Shown here: positions 61,935 through 64,000 of the stretch, in pieces | Position numbering within the stretch: the first letter of the stretch is position 1 | Layout of the letters: each line of letters opens with the position of its first letter | DNA from: an uncultured bacterium | GTDB lineage: Bacteria; Oederibacteriota; JAAXVQ01; JAUVAV01 | Assembly (NCBI GenBank): GCA_963710755.1 | Contig: CAVQBK010000006.1 | Coordinates: 144,977 to 208,976 of the forward strand | Direction of reading: 5' to 3' | Length of the DNA: 64,000 nucleotides | Program-made: the position numbers and the translations under genes | The notes under the pieces: model-generated | The model's input: the letters and a program-made list of their open reading frames with translations, nothing else | Told to the model about the DNA's origin: nothing | Databases searched by the model: none

Positions 61935-64000
61935 ATCTATCCTATCCACTGCGATTACGCCCTTGCGGTTAATCTCCTTGGATTTTACCAATACATCCAA
62001 TACGGGCCTCGTATAGAGGCCCAGCTTTATCTTCTTCCGGCGTCCAGATGACCCGGTGGATGAAGATGTCAAACAAGTCCTTTTTCTTCCTAGGCTCCGC
62101 GAATTCCCACATATCCCTCAAGAGGCTAACCCGTCCCGGATCGATTCCGCGTTTAACACCCGGTTTCTGCATTCCTGCAACTCCAGCTCAATGCGCTCCA
62201 GTTCGTCCACAATCTCTTTTTTCCGGCCTTCCAGGTCTTCCAGCTCCTGGGACATGGAAGGGGTGGCATTGCCCTCCTTAACGTACTGCACGATGTTTCT
62301 AATGCCCTGATCCAAGGTGGCCAGCACCTTTTCTTGGTCCTTTTTGAATTCGTTCAGCTCCCTGACCTGTTTTTTGGAAATGGTATTGGCTTCCTTGATG
62401 ATATCCTCCAGAAGCTTTTTGTCCTGGCTCATGGCAACCAGGCGCCTGTAAATCACATCTTCCAGGGCTTCGGCGCTGACACGCTTCATCTTGCATTCAT
62501 CGGCGCCGCTGGTCGCGCCGGTGCACTGGTAATAAAAATAGGTGTTGCTCCTGCCTCCTGAATAGGTGGGGCTCATAAAATTGCCGCACCACCCGCAGCG
62601 CACCAGCCCCGCCAGAAGGAAAGTATGCATTTTTTGTTCCCGTGGTTTTTTTCCGCTTGCCGTGTTGGATTTCAGAATGATATTGGCCGCCTCCTCCCAC
62701 ATCTCGTTGGAAATTATAGCATCATGCCGTCCATCAAACAAACTCCCTTTATGGACCACCTTACCGGTATAGACCGGATTTTTCAGGCAGATGACAATCG
62801 AGTTTTTATTGAACTTCCTGTTTCCTCGGGCATGGCCACGCCGTGATTGATAAAACTTGGTTCTGTACCCCAGCCTATTGATGGCCTTGGCGGTTTCCCG
62901 GTGCGAGCGGAGCTTAAGGTAGGTCTCGAAAATAAGCTGAACCACCTTGGCTTCCTTGGCGTTGACCTTGAGCACCCCTTTTTCCTCCGGATCAATGTCA
63001 TAGCCCAGGATCTGGCCACCGTTCCATAACCCCTCCTCGGCGCGCCAGCGCATTTTCTCCTTGGTCCGCTGCGAGGTCTGCTCCCGCTCTAGCTCGGCCA
63101 CAGCCAGGGTCAATTTCAGCCCAAAACGGCCCATGGGGGTAGAGGTGTCCCATTGTTCGGACAGGGAGACAAAAGTGACATTGTATGCGTCCATCAATTC
63201 GTGAAGTTTATAGAAATCCACCAGGGAACGGTGCACCCGGTCGATCTTGGTGCACAGCAGGACGTTGAGGCGGTTTTTTTTGATATCATCGAGCATACGC
63301 TGGTACTCCGGCCGGTCCGTGTTCTTGCCGGACTTCCCTTCTTCCCGGTAGATTTGGGACACCACCCACTCCTCGTCCGTATTGAGAGTCTTGATTTCCG
63401 TATACTTGGTCAGCGCGCTGAGCTGGGTGTCCAGAGAACCTTCCTTCACCATGGCCTGCATTTCGGTTGAGACGCGCAGGTAAAGGCCACAGTCCATACG
63501 CTTCTGCACCCTGCCGGAGGACTCATCACTTGATTTTTTATGGTTTTTCATTATGTGCTCCTGTTGATTTGATTTAAAGACCGTTCTTCCCCAATTACTC
63601 GCGCCCTAAAATCAGGCGTTTGTTGCATGAAAAAATGGGGTTTACCCGATCATCCGGACATTAGCTCTGTACCGGGAAGAAAGCAAGTTGATTTTAGGGG
63701 CTGAAATCAAAGGGATGAAAGCCGACCGGGTGATAATAAATTATCCGATTTCATTTCCAGGGTTTGTAGTGCGCATTACGAGGAAATCCAAAAACTAGCC
63801 GGTTTTGGGGTTAAAAAAAGGGCTGGTCTTCTCACATATGGGTACGAGCAGTATAAAAGTCCAAATAAAGGCCTCTAGAACCCCAAATTCGGGCTATATG
63901 GGAATGTTCTCAACCTCTGATGGAAACGGTATATAGAAACGGCGAACTGATCGGATGTGCGAAGACCTTGAGGAAACTAAAGGTATAGAATTGTACACTG
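61935..64000. mobile_element. Left edge of an integrated element (genomic island/prophage) at the tRNA-Asn 3' end
   Basis: Integrase abuts the tRNA 3' end and points into it; the other att site lies outside the window. Confidence 0.7.
62118..63551 (-). CDS. Large serine recombinase (integrase); C-terminus apparently frameshifted
   Basis: YLRVST catalytic Ser, SGKNTDRPEYQRML, KIDRVHRS, recombinase domain, CGWCG...YYQC zinc ribbon, coiled coil; AGGAG RBS. Confidence 0.92.
   Translation of the reverse strand: MKNHKKSSDESSGRVQKRMDCGLYLRVSTEMQAMVKEGSLDTQLSALTKYTEIKTLNTDEEWVVSQIYREEGKSGKNTDRPEYQRMLDDIKKNRLNVLLCTKIDRVHRSLVDFYKLHELMDAYNVTFVSLSEQWDTSTPMGRFGLKLTLAVAELEREQTSQRTKEKMRWRAEEGLWNGGQILGYDIDPEEKGVLKVNAKEAKVVQLIFETYLKLRSHRETAKAINRLGYRTKFYQSRRGHARGNRKFNKNSIVICLKNPVYTGKVVHKGSLFDGRHDAIISNEMWEEAANIILKSNTASGKKPREQKMHTFLLAGLVRCGWCGNFMSPTYSGGRSNTYFYYQCTGATSGADECKMKRVSAEALEDVIYRRLVAMSQDKKLLEDIIKEANTISKKQVRELNEFKKDQEKVLATLDQGIRNIVQYVKEGNATPSMSQELEDLEGRKKEIVDELERIELELQECRNRVLNAESIRDGLAS

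Noticed and set aside
61969-62172. Separate 67-aa gene next to the tRNA
   Set aside because: Better explained as the frameshifted continuation of the recombinase C-terminus.
1-64000. CRISPR array, cas genes, reverse transcriptase/DGR, rRNA
   Set aside because: No regularly spaced repeat-spacer array, no RT or Cas motifs and no rRNA sequence were seen; the 28-nt palindromes are dispersed, not arrayed.
63700-64000. Coding sequence at the right edge
   Set aside because: Only short interrupted frames; cannot be supported from this window.

Overview
Bacterial chromosomal window with five blocks. (1) 1-14.9 kb, minus strand: a cell-envelope locus with three secreted proteins interleaved with two PorV/PorQ-like beta-barrel proteins and a small HAMP protein. 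Two of the secreted proteins are paralogous 14-blade propeller plus Thr/Pro-stalk proteins; one of these (1..4281) runs off the left edge and is missing from the ORF track. Two end in T9SS-like/FlgD-Ig C-terminal domains. (2) 15-19.6 kb: small miscellaneous genes. (3) 19.7-50.8 kb: a nitrogen-assimilation supercluster (gltBD, carAB, glnE, glnA, a NifA-like sigma54 activator, two amtB-glnK operons) with three clear sigma54 promoters. It is interrupted by a 2613-aa modular giant protein carrying kinase-like, GNAT, methyltransferase and phosphodiester-glycosidase-like modules between hydrophobic linkers. (4) 51-61.8 kb: GNAT, GH65, M48 protease, GH57, treZ, ferritin, ECF sigma/anti-sigma. (5) tRNA-Asn followed by a large serine recombinase marking the edge of an integrated element. 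Most notable: cassette-like architecture of the giant gene (26-bp in-frame direct repeats, in-frame REP palindromes), cargo/PorV pairs suggesting a T9SS-related system, a conserved multi-hairpin RNA downstream of both glnK genes, a candidate TACA-N4-TGT enhancer motif, and an integrase frame that ends inside the tRNA. Gene content suggests an uncultured diderm lineage (FCPU426/Firestonebacteria/Elusimicrobiota-like); this is inference only. All family calls come from motif recognition by eye, with no database searches.
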